DNA of 62,695 bases, from IMG/VR virus record IMGVR_UViG_3300002461_000278, positions 1 to 62,695 of that record. One strand, written 5' to 3'. The stretch is from a virus. The first letter of the stretch is position 1; each line of letters opens with the position of its first letter. Below the pieces are notes generated by a model, which was given only the letters and a program-made list of their open reading frames with translations, had not been told where the DNA came from and did no database searches. The position numbers and the translations under genes were made by a program. This document shows positions 1 to 7,890 of the stretch, one piece after another.

Positions 1-94
1 CGCCGTCGCGCGGGATTAGGGCGCCGATCCCGGGCGCTCGATCGAGCAGGAAGCGGTGGAGCAGCCATCCCGCGATGGCGTGTTCGCCGACCAG
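1..94. repeat. Terminal direct repeat, copy 1 (identical to 62602..62695)
   Basis: The first 94 nt recur exactly as the last 94 nt of the window, giving a unit length of 62,601 bp. Confidence 0.95.
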
Positions 95-145
95 AATCGC
101 CGCGCCGGCCGTCGCCACAACTGTGTTGAGCAAGTCTTCCCCCAT
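1..145 (-). CDS. Small two-TM membrane protein, 5' part (the ORF crosses the window junction and continues at 62601..62543)
   Basis: ATG at 145 on the minus strand. Reading past position 1 into 62601 stays in frame and stops at TAG 62545..62543. The product is 67 aa, MGEDLLNTVVATAGAAILVG...GFGTLWWRFGL, with two hydrophobic segments. Confidence 0.4.
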   Translation of the reverse strand, partial: MGEDLLNTVVATAGAAILVGEHAIAGWLLHRFLLDRAPGIGALIPRDG

Positions 146-149
146 TTCC

Positions 150-177
150 GCCCGCCCCGGCTCACGCCGGGGCGGGC
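150..177 (+). terminator. GC-rich hairpin; possible terminator or insulator between divergent genes
   Basis: 11-bp stem GCCCGCCCCGG/CCGGGGCGGGC with a 6-nt loop, followed by GCTTTGTGC. The T-tract is weak. Confidence 0.3.
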
Positions 178-198
178 GCTTTGTGCTATTCGGCCCGC

Positions 199-447
199 AT
201 GAGCCTGTCCTTAAAGAAAGATCCCGATGGCGAGGGAGACGAGTATTACCTTGTCTTCGAGAACAAGACGGTCGCCGTCGGCCGGATATTCCAACAGTTT
301 GCCGCCACCAGCGTCCCGGGAAACTGGCATTGGAGCGTGACGTTCAAGCCGCACTGGCCTCAGCCGACTTATGGGACTGCACCGACGCGGGAAGCGGCGA
401 TGCAGGCGTTCAAGGAGCGATGGGAGCGCGGGGAGGGGCACTCCTAA
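199..447 (+). CDS. Hypothetical protein (82 aa)
   Basis: ATG at 199 inside ORF 181..447. Codons are G/C-ending and the composition is protein-like (MSLSLKKDPDGEGDEYYLVFENK...). Confidence 0.55.
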   Translation: MSLSLKKDPDGEGDEYYLVFENKTVAVGRIFQQFAATSVPGNWHWSVTFKPHWPQPTYGTAPTREAAMQAFKERWERGEGHS

Positions 448-602
448 TTTTTTATCGGTTTGAACATTTCATCGACCAAACGCTGCGCCCCGTCAGTGAT
501 CGCCTTCACAATGTCCTTAGCGAGCGCCGCGCGTTTTTTGGGCGACTTCCCGGCAAGATGACGGTCTGCGATCTCGATTGCCTTCGCGGCCTCCGGCGTC
601 AT
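444..602 (-). CDS. Hypothetical small protein (52 aa)
   Basis: Hand-translated as MTPEAAKAIEIADRHLAGKSPKKRAALAKDIVKAITDGAQRLVDEMFKPIKN. An AGGAGG lies 7 nt upstream of the ATG and overlaps the stop of the upstream gene. The ORF is below the ORF-track size cutoff. Confidence 0.45.
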   Translation of the reverse strand: MTPEAAKAIEIADRHLAGKSPKKRAALAKDIVKAITDGAQRLVDEMFKPIKN

Positions 603-614
603 GCGACGGCCCTC

Positions 615-1097
615 CTAATACGACGCGCGCTGCTTGATGTGCAGCTCGTTGTCCTGCAGCCACACCAGCGTGGCCCGCACCGCTTTCAAGTTTTCGACGT
701 GAAGCTCCGCCTCGCTCTTTCGCAGAGGGCGGTTCTCGGCAATGCGCTTTAGCTCGAGGTCGAGATCTGCAATCTGAGACGTCAGCGACCGCTTGGGTCG
801 CTTCGCCGGCGGGGCTTCTATGACCATTGTGGCTTCCTCGATCGACATTTCACCGTTGAGCACCGCGAGCGCGGCATCGAGATCACGCACCGCCTTGCCG
901 TCGACCGACCAGGTGCGGGTCGTTTTCTTGGCTCGCCCGTCGTGCTCGTCGTAGACCTTCAATCGCGGAAGGTCCTCGAGCCCGTAGATCCACGCCGAGC
1001 GCTTCCTGTCGAAGTCCATATGGACAACATCGGTCGTTTTCCGGCCGATGATGTCTTCGCGGGTCAGCGGCTTCCGGAGCGCGACGACGTTCGTCAC
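615..1097 (-). CDS. Hypothetical early protein (160 aa)
   Basis: ORF track. The GTG start forms a GTGA overlap with the stop of the upstream ATPase gene. Confidence 0.65.
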   Translation of the reverse strand: MTNVVALRKPLTREDIIGRKTTDVVHMDFDRKRSAWIYGLEDLPRLKVYDEHDGRAKKTTRTWSVDGKAVRDLDAALAVLNGEMSIEEATMVIEAPPAKRPKRSLTSQIADLDLELKRIAENRPLRKSEAELHVENLKAVRATLVWLQDNELHIKQRASY

Positions 1098-2893
1098 GCC
1101 GCCATTCTTTCCGGGAACAGGCGATCACTCGCCTTGAACATCTTCGGCACGGGCGACTCGATGAGCCCAAGTGATCGCATCTGGCTCACGTATTTTTCGA
1201 ACGTGGATGAGTTCGCCGACATGCCAGCGGCCACGGCGAGATCGTCCTTTGAAATCTCGTGCGGATAAACAGCGGTCGTCCCCTTCACGATCCGGAGTTG
1301 ACCATCGGTCAGCTTGCGGGAAATGGACGCCATCATGGCGTCGTGATCGGGCGGTGTTTGCTGCTGGTTCGCGCACGCGCGGCCTTCGTCGGTGAGCGAG
1401 AATTCCCCCGATCGCGGTGACACGATTAGGCCTGCTGTTCGGAGCTGACTGACGTACTTTTCGAAGGTTGACGACTTCGGGCTGCTGTCAGCCAAGAACG
1501 CGACCATCATCTTCGACGCGGCGCCTGCGCCCAGCAGCTCAGTCCAGGCGATCGCGTCCAGAATGGCCTGCTTTGTTCCAGTGAGGTTCAATTCGCCCTC
1601 GGCCTGCTGGCGCGGAGCGGTATTCGAGGTAGCGGGCTTGGCACGAGACGCCGTTTGGGGCGGGACGGCTGGCACAGCGCGGGGCACGGGTGCAGCGGCC
1701 GACGGCGAGAATGTGACGTCGCCGGCGTCGAACCGCTTGGCCTTCACTTCGCGGATCTGTTCGCTGAGGAAAGTCATCAGCGGGCCGATCTTGTCGCCGA
1801 GCCCGCTAAGCAGCTCGACCGTCCGCTTTTGAAGCTCCCGCTCCATGCTCGCGGTGAGTTTCTTCTCCGCTTGCTCGAAGCCCTTCTTCTCCGCCGCGGC
1901 GATCGCGTCCTTGTCGGGCTTTGCCGCTGCAGGACTTGCAGCCGCAGACTGCAGTTTGGCGTTCTCAGCCTTGAGCCGTGCGACTTCGGCGCGCAGCTCG
2001 CGCGGATCGTTCGCTTTCGCCTCTTCAACGACGCTGGCGAGCTTCTCCTTCACCTGGTCAAGATCGACCGAGGCCCAGCCTTTGAGCTTGCGGCCCTGCG
2101 CGCCGGTCTGCGGCGCGAAGCTGTCGTAGGTCTTGAACATCGGAAAATCGACGAGCTTTGGCCCGAACTCGATTTCCGGCGAATAGACCCACCCTTGGCT
2201 GCGCTGCAGGCCTGCGAGCGTGCGCAGCACTTCCTTGCCTTGCTCTGGATCCCCGCAAGCGTCGATCCAGTCGCGGAGCGCGTCTCGATCGAGCTTGTGG
2301 ATCACGCGCTTGCCGATCAGCGTTTCGTGGCTGGTCAGGTAGTCCTTGTGGACCTTCTGCGGCCGCTGCGATGCCGAGATCAGCACCAAGCCCTTGCCGG
2401 CGCCCTCGCTGGCGAGCCGGTTGGCCCAATGCAGCGACATGCCGGCCTGCGGATCGATGACTTTCCCCTGCGGCGCGAAGTTGTGGCACTCGTCGATCGC
2501 GAGCCAGCGGTGGCCGTGCGTCTTCACGAACAGCGTCGATGCGAAGTCGATGAAGAACCGCGTGCGATCGCCGACCATCCAGCCGCCCAGGTCGATCAGG
2601 GCAGGCCGGTTGCCGGTGGCGACCAGCTCGGCAACGACCTTGCCGGATTGGGGATTGATAGGCACGTCGGCGTGCGAGCCGCCGAAGATCACGACGTCAT
2701 AGCCGGGCTTCTTGCCGTCGGCCGACGACTTGATGCCCCACCAGTCGCCTTTCGGATCGACGATGCAGACCGGCTTCTTGTCGTCGAGCAGCGCTTCGAC
2801 CATGACGCGCATGGTCGAGGATTTACCGGAACGGGTCTTGCCGAGAAGGATGGTGTGCTGCGCGAGCACGCCCTTGGGAAATGGTAGCGTCAT
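1094..2893 (-). CDS. HerA/FtsK-superfamily P-loop ATPase with two C-terminal winged-helix-like repeats
   Basis: Walker A is GKTRSGKS. IVDPKGDWWG and the Walker B-like LAIDECHNF follow, then SASQRPQKV. The C terminus carries two copies of SSTFEKYVSQ(L/M)R..GLI. Confidence 0.75.
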   Translation of the reverse strand: MTLPFPKGVLAQHTILLGKTRSGKSSTMRVMVEALLDDKKPVCIVDPKGDWWGIKSSADGKKPGYDVVIFGGSHADVPINPQSGKVVAELVATGNRPALIDLGGWMVGDRTRFFIDFASTLFVKTHGHRWLAIDECHNFAPQGKVIDPQAGMSLHWANRLASEGAGKGLVLISASQRPQKVHKDYLTSHETLIGKRVIHKLDRDALRDWIDACGDPEQGKEVLRTLAGLQRSQGWVYSPEIEFGPKLVDFPMFKTYDSFAPQTGAQGRKLKGWASVDLDQVKEKLASVVEEAKANDPRELRAEVARLKAENAKLQSAAASPAAAKPDKDAIAAAEKKGFEQAEKKLTASMERELQKRTVELLSGLGDKIGPLMTFLSEQIREVKAKRFDAGDVTFSPSAAAPVPRAVPAVPPQTASRAKPATSNTAPRQQAEGELNLTGTKQAILDAIAWTELLGAGAASKMMVAFLADSSPKSSTFEKYVSQLRTAGLIVSPRSGEFSLTDEGRACANQQQTPPDHDAMMASISRKLTDGQLRIVKGTTAVYPHEISKDDLAVAAGMSANSSTFEKYVSQMRSLGLIESPVPKMFKASDRLFPERMAA

Positions 2894-2910
2894 GCTGGCT
2901 CCTGTGCGCT

Positions 2911-2922
2911 GTCACGCGTGAC
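2911..2922. repeat. GTCACGCGTGAC palindrome, copy 1 (extended form CTGTCACGCGTGACAG, 2909..2924)
   Basis: Exact 16-bp palindrome in the 107-bp gap between the ParB-like and ATPase genes. It lies 18 nt upstream of the ATPase start codon. Confidence 0.9.
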
Positions 2923-3000
2923 AGAGGTTGGTTGCTGTGAACGCGTCACAACTTCCGCCATGGCCACACCGGTCGGCCATGGCGGTCTTTGTCGGCTGCT

Positions 3001-3846
3001 TCACGCGGCCTTTTTCGACATGTGCGCCTCGAGGTGCTCGGCGACGATATCGACCATCACGGCAGTCGCACCGACACGATCCTCGGCCGCTTTCTTCATT
3101 GCTTTGCCGAGCGCGTCCGCAAAGTTGAAGCGGTTAAAGGCCTCGATGAGACGCTTCTCGCTTTTGCGCCATTCGGGCTCCGCGTCGATGTTGTGGCAGA
3201 TGGCCCCGGCGATCGAGGCGCGCACCATGCCGGGATTGCCCTTTCCCGACTTCGTAATGCACCGCAGGGCGGTGGTCAGCAGCTCGGCGCCGTAGCGCTT
3301 GAGCAGCCTATTTAGTTGCGAGGCGGCCAGCGTCTCACCTGGTCGCATCACTGCAGAGTGAACGTGGCTGCGGCAGATCGTGACGCCGGCGGCACTACAA
3401 ACTCTATCAAGCTCGAGTGCACCGACATCGCCGGCTGCGACACGCGCCGCGTGAACTTGTACCGTGCTGATTTTCGTCACCTGGCCGTTAATCGCCGCAA
3501 AGGCCTTGGCTTGCTCGACTTCGTTTCCGGTGACTACTTGGCAAGGCACTTGTGTGAGGCCGCGTAAAGCGGCCGCTGTCGTGCGGTGCTGGCCGTCGAT
3601 GATTGCGTAAACACCTTCGCCGACCGGCGCGACGATGACCGTTCCAAAGCGCGACCAAGAAAAATTAATCGCGATCGAGCGGACATTCGATGCGCCGCGG
3701 CCGTTGATTTCTCGCTGATAGCTGTCATCGACGCGCAACCGGCGAATTTCCACCCATTGCAGCTTGGGCTCCTTGCCCGGCGCGAAGGTCGGGAGGTCGG
3801 TCCTCAGTGCGAATGGCTTGGGATCGATAGGTCTAAGTTTGGGCAT
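3001..3846 (-). CDS. ParB N-terminal-domain (ParB/Srx fold) protein
   Basis: IIDGQHRTTAA motif with an upstream RRLRVDDSYQR segment. The protein is 281 aa. Confidence 0.75.
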   Translation of the reverse strand: MPKLRPIDPKPFALRTDLPTFAPGKEPKLQWVEIRRLRVDDSYQREINGRGASNVRSIAINFSWSRFGTVIVAPVGEGVYAIIDGQHRTTAAALRGLTQVPCQVVTGNEVEQAKAFAAINGQVTKISTVQVHAARVAAGDVGALELDRVCSAAGVTICRSHVHSAVMRPGETLAASQLNRLLKRYGAELLTTALRCITKSGKGNPGMVRASIAGAICHNIDAEPEWRKSEKRLIEAFNRFNFADALGKAMKKAAEDRVGATAVMVDIVAEHLEAHMSKKAA

Positions 3847-3945
3847 CTCGGCTCCTGTTCGGCGGGCGTTGAGGTTGACAACGCCGCCGGTATGCCCGCG
3901 CGCTACGACGTCGAGACGCTTTACAAATGAGAAAGATGGAGCGCA

Positions 3946-4341
3946 TCAGCGCACCGCTATGTTGGCGATGATGATCGCGGCCGGGATCGCCGCGCAGCCG
4001 TAACCGAGCGCGAAGATCGTCCAGAACCCGAAGCGCTGCGGCTCGGGCTTGGTTGGGGCGGGCTCCGGCTCCGGCGCCGGTGCAGCGACCGGGGCGATAT
4101 CGACCTGCACAACCTGGGGAAGCGGCCAGGCGGTCGGCGCTTTGATCTTCCCGGCGATGCGGTCAGCCAGCGCAAAGGCGAACTTGGTGACGTCCTCGCT
4201 ATCCTCAAGACGAAGTAGCGCGTTGAAGCAGCCGTCGATCACGCCTCGGGCGTGCTCAGCGGCTGTCTCGACGTCCCGTTGAGCCGCCAGTGTGAGCAAC
4301 TGGCCCTCGTTGAACATCGCGGTGTCGGCGCGCTGGCTCAT
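3946..4341 (-). CDS. Hypothetical C-terminally membrane-anchored protein
   Basis: The start was moved to ATG 4341, which forms an ATGA overlap with the upstream gene. The C-terminal hydrophobic stretch is FWTIFALGYGCAAIPAAIIIANIAV. Confidence 0.55.
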   Translation of the reverse strand: MSQRADTAMFNEGQLLTLAAQRDVETAAEHARGVIDGCFNALLRLEDSEDVTKFAFALADRIAGKIKAPTAWPLPQVVQVDIAPVAAPAPEPEPAPTKPEPQRFGFWTIFALGYGCAAIPAAIIIANIAVR

Positions 4342-4544
4342 TGGCCACCCTCGATCCAAGAAGCCCGCACCAATTCGCCGCCCATTAAGGCCCGCGCAAA
4401 GTCGTCCAGATTTACCTCGATCTTTGCGAGCCGCTTTCTGCCGCCCGCGACCTTTGAAGTCGCGATGATGCGGACGAGCTTGCCTTCTTCATTGCCGTGG
4501 ACCCGGCCTATCTGCAGCTCGCATACGATGATGCTTTGGCTCAT
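4338..4544 (-). CDS. Hypothetical protein (68 aa)
   Basis: ORF track. ATGA overlaps are present at both ends. Confidence 0.5.
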   Translation of the reverse strand: MSQSIIVCELQIGRVHGNEEGKLVRIIATSKVAGGRKRLAKIEVNLDDFARALMGGELVRASWIEGGQ

Positions 4545-4693
4545 CGCGGCACCGCCACGTTGCCGCTGGCGTCGAGGACGATGCCGGGGCGATCGGCGTT
4601 TGCTTGGGTGCAGCCAGCGAGTGCAGCGGCATACAGCGCGACTGAAAGAAATGCTCCGATCCGCGCCGGAAATTTGCGAGCTGCGTGTTTCAA
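4541..4693 (-). CDS. Small putative lipoprotein (50 aa)
   Basis: TTG start at 4693. The signal peptide plus lipobox reads ...IGAFLSVALYAAALAGC. The longer ORF up to 4861 runs antisense through the tRNA fragment and was trimmed. Confidence 0.45.
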   Translation of the reverse strand: MKHAARKFPARIGAFLSVALYAAALAGCTQANADRPGIVLDASGNVAVPR

Positions 4694-4784
4694 CTCTAGA
4701 GTCGAATCGCGGTTCTTAGGGCCGCTTTTGTCAGCGTCACGAGTCGAATCGTTGATTGAAAAACTTGAAGAACTTCCCCGAAGT

Positions 4785-4836
4785 CGCCGCCCTGTCACGG
4801 CAGAGGTCGCGGGTTCGAGTCCCGTCGCTCCCGCCA
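4785..4836 (+). other. attP-like core: 3' ~52 nt of tRNA-Asp(GTC), not a complete tRNA
   Basis: The anticodon loop CTGTCAC, the T-arm GCGGGTTCGAGTCCCGT, the 3' acceptor strand CGCTCCC, a discriminator G and CCA are present. No matching 5' acceptor or D-arm lies upstream. The anticodon stem has one mismatch. The site is adjacent to the integrase gene. Confidence 0.75.
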
Positions 4837-4939
4837 GTATCTTTTTGATATTGCGTACCATTTTTAGCCGCTCCGATTTTGTTTCGACTCGTTAAGGCCC
4901 GGCGATTCGACTCCCGGCCGATCCTGTTCCCCAAACGCC

Positions 4940-6229
4940 CTAGCCATCGCGTTCAGTCCGCCTGATTTTTTGACGCCCGGCCGACCGCGCGACGTCGGCC
5001 AGTCGCACCAGCGTGGCGTCATCTCGAGACGGCGGCAGGTAAGTTTGGCGCAGCCTCCGATTGGTTTCGATGGTGTTGGCCATCTTGTGCCCGAGGTTGG
5101 AAGCCGACACGCCGCCGAGTTCCGCCTCCTTGGCGCCAGAGCGGCGGAAGTCGGACAGCTTCCGGGTATCGCCCGGAAATTCCGCCTCCTTAACCTCCCT
5201 GAAGTCGCGCCCAAGCTTGTCCTTGCTGTACGGGCGCGGGATCCATCGGCGACCGCCCTTTGGGCCCGGCGCCGCCCCGGCTGTGCGGAACATCGGCGTC
5301 GTGTCGAATACTTCGTAGGGCACGATCGCTCGATAGGCCTGGATCAGCCGCAGCGTGCGCCGTGAAAGGGTGCCGATCGCCGCCTTACCGGTCTTGGCGC
5401 GATCTACCCCAAAAAACGGTCCCTCGGCATCACCGCGGAGCTGCGCGGGCGTCAGCATCCGGTTATCGACCGGAGAGAACATGCTGTCCCAAGCAACCGC
5501 CATGATGCAGGCAAGGCCGTATTTTTCCATGCGCCATGCCCGCTTGACCAGGCGTACGGCCTCGCCCTCGCGCCACATCGCCGTGCGCGTCTTCGGCGTC
5601 TTGCGCCGAATGCCGAGTGAAGGGTCGGCCTTCGAATCGCAGTATTTCTTGCCGTCGGACGGCCGATTGAGGGTGCCCGCGACCTTCCACAGCGCGCGCC
5701 AGATCTTCATGGCGAGATAGGCCTCGCTCACGCCGATCGTGTCGAGCAGCCCCTTGATGCCCTCATCGGGGTCGCCCGAGTACCAAAGATCGACATCCTC
5801 GAGCCCGACGGTGGAAGGATCGACGTCGCCAAACACCGGCTCGATGTGCCGCCAGCCGCGATCCCAACTGTCCTGCGTTGCCGGAGCCTTCGATTTGAAG
5901 GTTCCAAGCTTGCGTATGCGCTCATAGGCCTCTCCGAGGCTGTTGGGCGGGTAGACGCGCCGCATTTTGCCGACCTTGGGAACACTTCTGCCGGCGCGAT
6001 GGTCTCGCAGAGCGGCGTCCCATTTCGCGTTCCAGCTCTGTGCGATCGACCAGGCCCGCGGCCCATCCTCACCGCAGTCGACGAGCTTGAAGCCGAGCTT
6101 CGCCATCAGGGTCGGCTCGATCTTCTTGGTCTTGGGATTGCGGCGCGCAAGGCACGGCGCCCAATAGCCCCACTTCGGGCGCCCATCGTGCTGACGAGTG
6201 ACGTAGTAGCGGATTTTCACGTTACCCAC
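4940..6229 (-). CDS. int: Tyrosine recombinase (phage integrase)
   Basis: 429 aa with a GTG start. The C-terminal catalytic-type pattern is ...DFRRSGAKEA...LGHKMANT...TYLPP. The gene lies next to the tRNA-derived att core. Confidence 0.88.
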   Translation of the reverse strand: MGNVKIRYYVTRQHDGRPKWGYWAPCLARRNPKTKKIEPTLMAKLGFKLVDCGEDGPRAWSIAQSWNAKWDAALRDHRAGRSVPKVGKMRRVYPPNSLGEAYERIRKLGTFKSKAPATQDSWDRGWRHIEPVFGDVDPSTVGLEDVDLWYSGDPDEGIKGLLDTIGVSEAYLAMKIWRALWKVAGTLNRPSDGKKYCDSKADPSLGIRRKTPKTRTAMWREGEAVRLVKRAWRMEKYGLACIMAVAWDSMFSPVDNRMLTPAQLRGDAEGPFFGVDRAKTGKAAIGTLSRRTLRLIQAYRAIVPYEVFDTTPMFRTAGAAPGPKGGRRWIPRPYSKDKLGRDFREVKEAEFPGDTRKLSDFRRSGAKEAELGGVSASNLGHKMANTIETNRRLRQTYLPPSRDDATLVRLADVARSAGRQKIRRTERDG

Positions 6230-6500
6230 CCGCGTTCCCCCGCATCCGGTCTCTCACAACGCTGCGAGCGTTGCGCGCGGTCTGCGGGCTGGTCAAGAAA
6301 AGGTGTGGATAGCGGGCCTTCCGCCATTCCTCGATCGCGTCGAGGTCGAAGTTGCCGGTGGTCGGATCGGCCTGCGGGAAGGGCGGGCTGCGCTTCTGCA
6401 GATCCGCAAGCGCGTCCTCGAACTGCGCCAGCGACAAGCCAAGCCTGCGCGCCGCGACCGCCGGCGGGACGTCGCCTCCTGGTGGCAGTTTGAACCTCAT
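6222..6500 (-). CDS. Putative excisionase-like or HTH DNA-binding protein
   Basis: ATG at 6500 preceded by AAGGAAGG. The N terminus is MRFKLPPGGDVPPAVAARRLGLSLAQFEDAL... The gene overlaps the int start by 8 nt. Confidence 0.5.
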   Translation of the reverse strand: MRFKLPPGGDVPPAVAARRLGLSLAQFEDALADLQKRSPPFPQADPTTGNFDLDAIEEWRKARYPHLFLTSPQTARNARSVVRDRMRGNAGG

Positions 6501-6706
6501 CGGCGTGCCTTCCTTTTTTCGGCCGGCGTCTCGATCGAGCGACTGACCGGCTTCACCGGCGAGAACGCGACGACGGGCGAGGGCATCGCTGGCGCGACCG
6601 CATGGCAATGCGGACAGGTGGCCGAGCCGAGCCGTTCGCTCTCGGGCGTATGCACGACGAAATGCCGACCACAGCCGCAGGCGAACCAGTGCGTTGTGGC
6701 GGTCAT
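6497..6706 (-). CDS. Zinc-ribbon mini-protein
   Basis: ATG at 6706 forms an ATGA overlap. The Cys pattern is CGC...CPHC (MTATTHWFACGCGRHFVVHTPESERLGSATCPHCH). Confidence 0.5.
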   Translation of the reverse strand: MTATTHWFACGCGRHFVVHTPESERLGSATCPHCHAVAPAMPSPVVAFSPVKPVSRSIETPAEKRKARR

Positions 6707-6954
6707 TGCCTTGGGCCCCGTTCTTCGTCGAGCCTTCGCTCGCAGTGCTCGTACTCTCGAAGCGCGCCCTTGCACGGCCCGTCGCATAGCTTTTGCAAGG
6801 TGTCGGCCCGCTGGTCGGGCGGGAATGACGAAACCAGTGTCAACCCGATCGCGTGCGCAAGAGCCAACAGCCGGTACGGCGGGCCAAGGTGCGCGATCGC
6901 CTCGGTTATTTTTTCCGAGGCTTGAAGAATTTCCTTCTTGCTATGCGCCGTCAT
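6703..6954 (-). CDS. Hypothetical protein (83 aa)
   Basis: ORF track. The gene is translationally coupled on both sides. Confidence 0.55.
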   Translation of the reverse strand: MTAHSKKEILQASEKITEAIAHLGPPYRLLALAHAIGLTLVSSFPPDQRADTLQKLCDGPCKGALREYEHCERRLDEERGPRQ

Positions 6955-7490
6955 CGCTTCGTCCTCCTCAGGCTTTTCCGCGACTGCATCTTGCGCTTGC
7001 CGTTGGCGAAGCCGCGGCTCTGCAGCTTCCGCTTCTGTGTCAGCCTGGTCGGCCGCTCGAGCTGAGCACGGAGCTGCGCCGCGTGGGTGTGGTTGCCAGC
7101 CTTCACCGCCATCTTCGCCTGGTGCAGCCGCTCGGTGTCCCGAATGTTGCGGGCGCGGGCGCGCTCGCCGATGTCGCTGCCGCGCGTGGTGACGGTTTTC
7201 TCGGCACCTTCTTTGCGGCCGAATGTCCTCTCGTCGTGTTTGCCCTTCCGAAGTGCGAAGATTTTGGACGGATCGAGCTGCGGCGGAATGAAGTCATTGG
7301 CGACAGTGTCGAACGGGCGCTCACTGAGCGGCGGGCGATGGTCGAAATTGATCTTCCCGATGTCGGCCTCGGTGAACGGGACGCCTGCCACATCGCAAGC
7401 TTTCTGCCGAACAACCACAGCAAGTTTGATCGCAAGAGGAATGTCCTTGCGGTGGTCGGAGACGCGGAATGTGCCGGGCTCGAGGATCAT
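6951..7490 (-). CDS. Hypothetical protein, possibly HNH-type nuclease-like
   Basis: INFDHRPPL...VANDF...KGKHDERT resembles an H-N-H arrangement. The C-terminal tail is basic. The function is tentative. Confidence 0.55.
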   Translation of the reverse strand: MILEPGTFRVSDHRKDIPLAIKLAVVVRQKACDVAGVPFTEADIGKINFDHRPPLSERPFDTVANDFIPPQLDPSKIFALRKGKHDERTFGRKEGAEKTVTTRGSDIGERARARNIRDTERLHQAKMAVKAGNHTHAAQLRAQLERPTRLTQKRKLQSRGFANGKRKMQSRKSLRRTKR

Positions 7491-7693
7491 GCTGCGAAGT
7501 CCTCTCGCTGCTCGTTTTCCTCGATCGCCATTTCAATGATGGCGTCCATGTCCGCTTCGCCGGTGGCGTGGCAGACCGGACACTGAAATTCTTCGTGCTT
7601 GGTCGGAAACCAGCCGTCGCTCACTTCGACAATCGCGGTGACGTAGCGATTGCCTCTGCAGCGTGGGCACTTTGCGTAAAGGGGCAGGGTCAT
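7487..7693 (-). CDS. Zinc-ribbon mini-protein
   Basis: CPRC...CPVC pattern in 68 aa. Confidence 0.6.
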   Translation of the reverse strand: MTLPLYAKCPRCRGNRYVTAIVEVSDGWFPTKHEEFQCPVCHATGEADMDAIIEMAIEENEQREDFAA

Positions 7694-7890
7694 GCGCGCA
7701 TTCCCGCTTTCTCTCGCACGCGCTCGGCCGCGCCGATGATGCCGCGTGTGATGATTTCCTGATTGGCGATCTCCTGCACGGCGCGCACGGTCAGTTCGCC
7801 ATGCACTTGCACGATTGCGCCGACGAGTTCGACCAGGTGGGCCTTGTATTGCTCGCGGGTCAGCGGGGTCATGAGTGGCGCGTCCATCAC
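7690..7890 (-). CDS. Hypothetical protein (66 aa)
   Basis: ORF track. The gene is coupled to both neighbours. Confidence 0.55.
   Translation of the reverse strand: MMDAPLMTPLTREQYKAHLVELVGAIVQVHGELTVRAVQEIANQEIITRGIIGAAERVREKAGMRA

Noticed and set aside
1655-2887. A 410-aa plus-strand ORF.
   Set aside because: It is antisense to the P-loop ATPase gene, and its Arg/Ala/Gly/Leu-rich composition is typical of shadow ORFs in GC-rich DNA. The same reasoning applies to the following shadow ORFs:
- 75..752
- 6303..7586
- 7875..8792
- 10140..11291
- 19307..20317
- 22912..23721
- 24507..25235
- 25275..26081
- 28159..29463
- 32391..33641
- 33651..34508
- 35727..37028
- 38409..39203
- 39721..40560
- 43448..44359
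- 48716..50185
- 54880..55767
- 55909..57465
- 57652..58533
- 58579..59502
- 60256..61539
- 61413..62438
4760-4836. A complete tRNA-Asp gene.
   Set aside because: Only the anticodon arm, T-arm and 3' acceptor/CCA are present. The sequence about 70-76 nt upstream of the CCA has no GGGAGCG 5' acceptor strand or D-arm. It is therefore called an att-type tRNA fragment.
4541-4861. The full 106-aa minus-strand ORF as a gene.
   Set aside because: Its N-terminal part (…GATGLEPATSAVTG…) is the antisense translation of the tRNA T-arm. It was trimmed to the TTG 4693 lipoprotein start.
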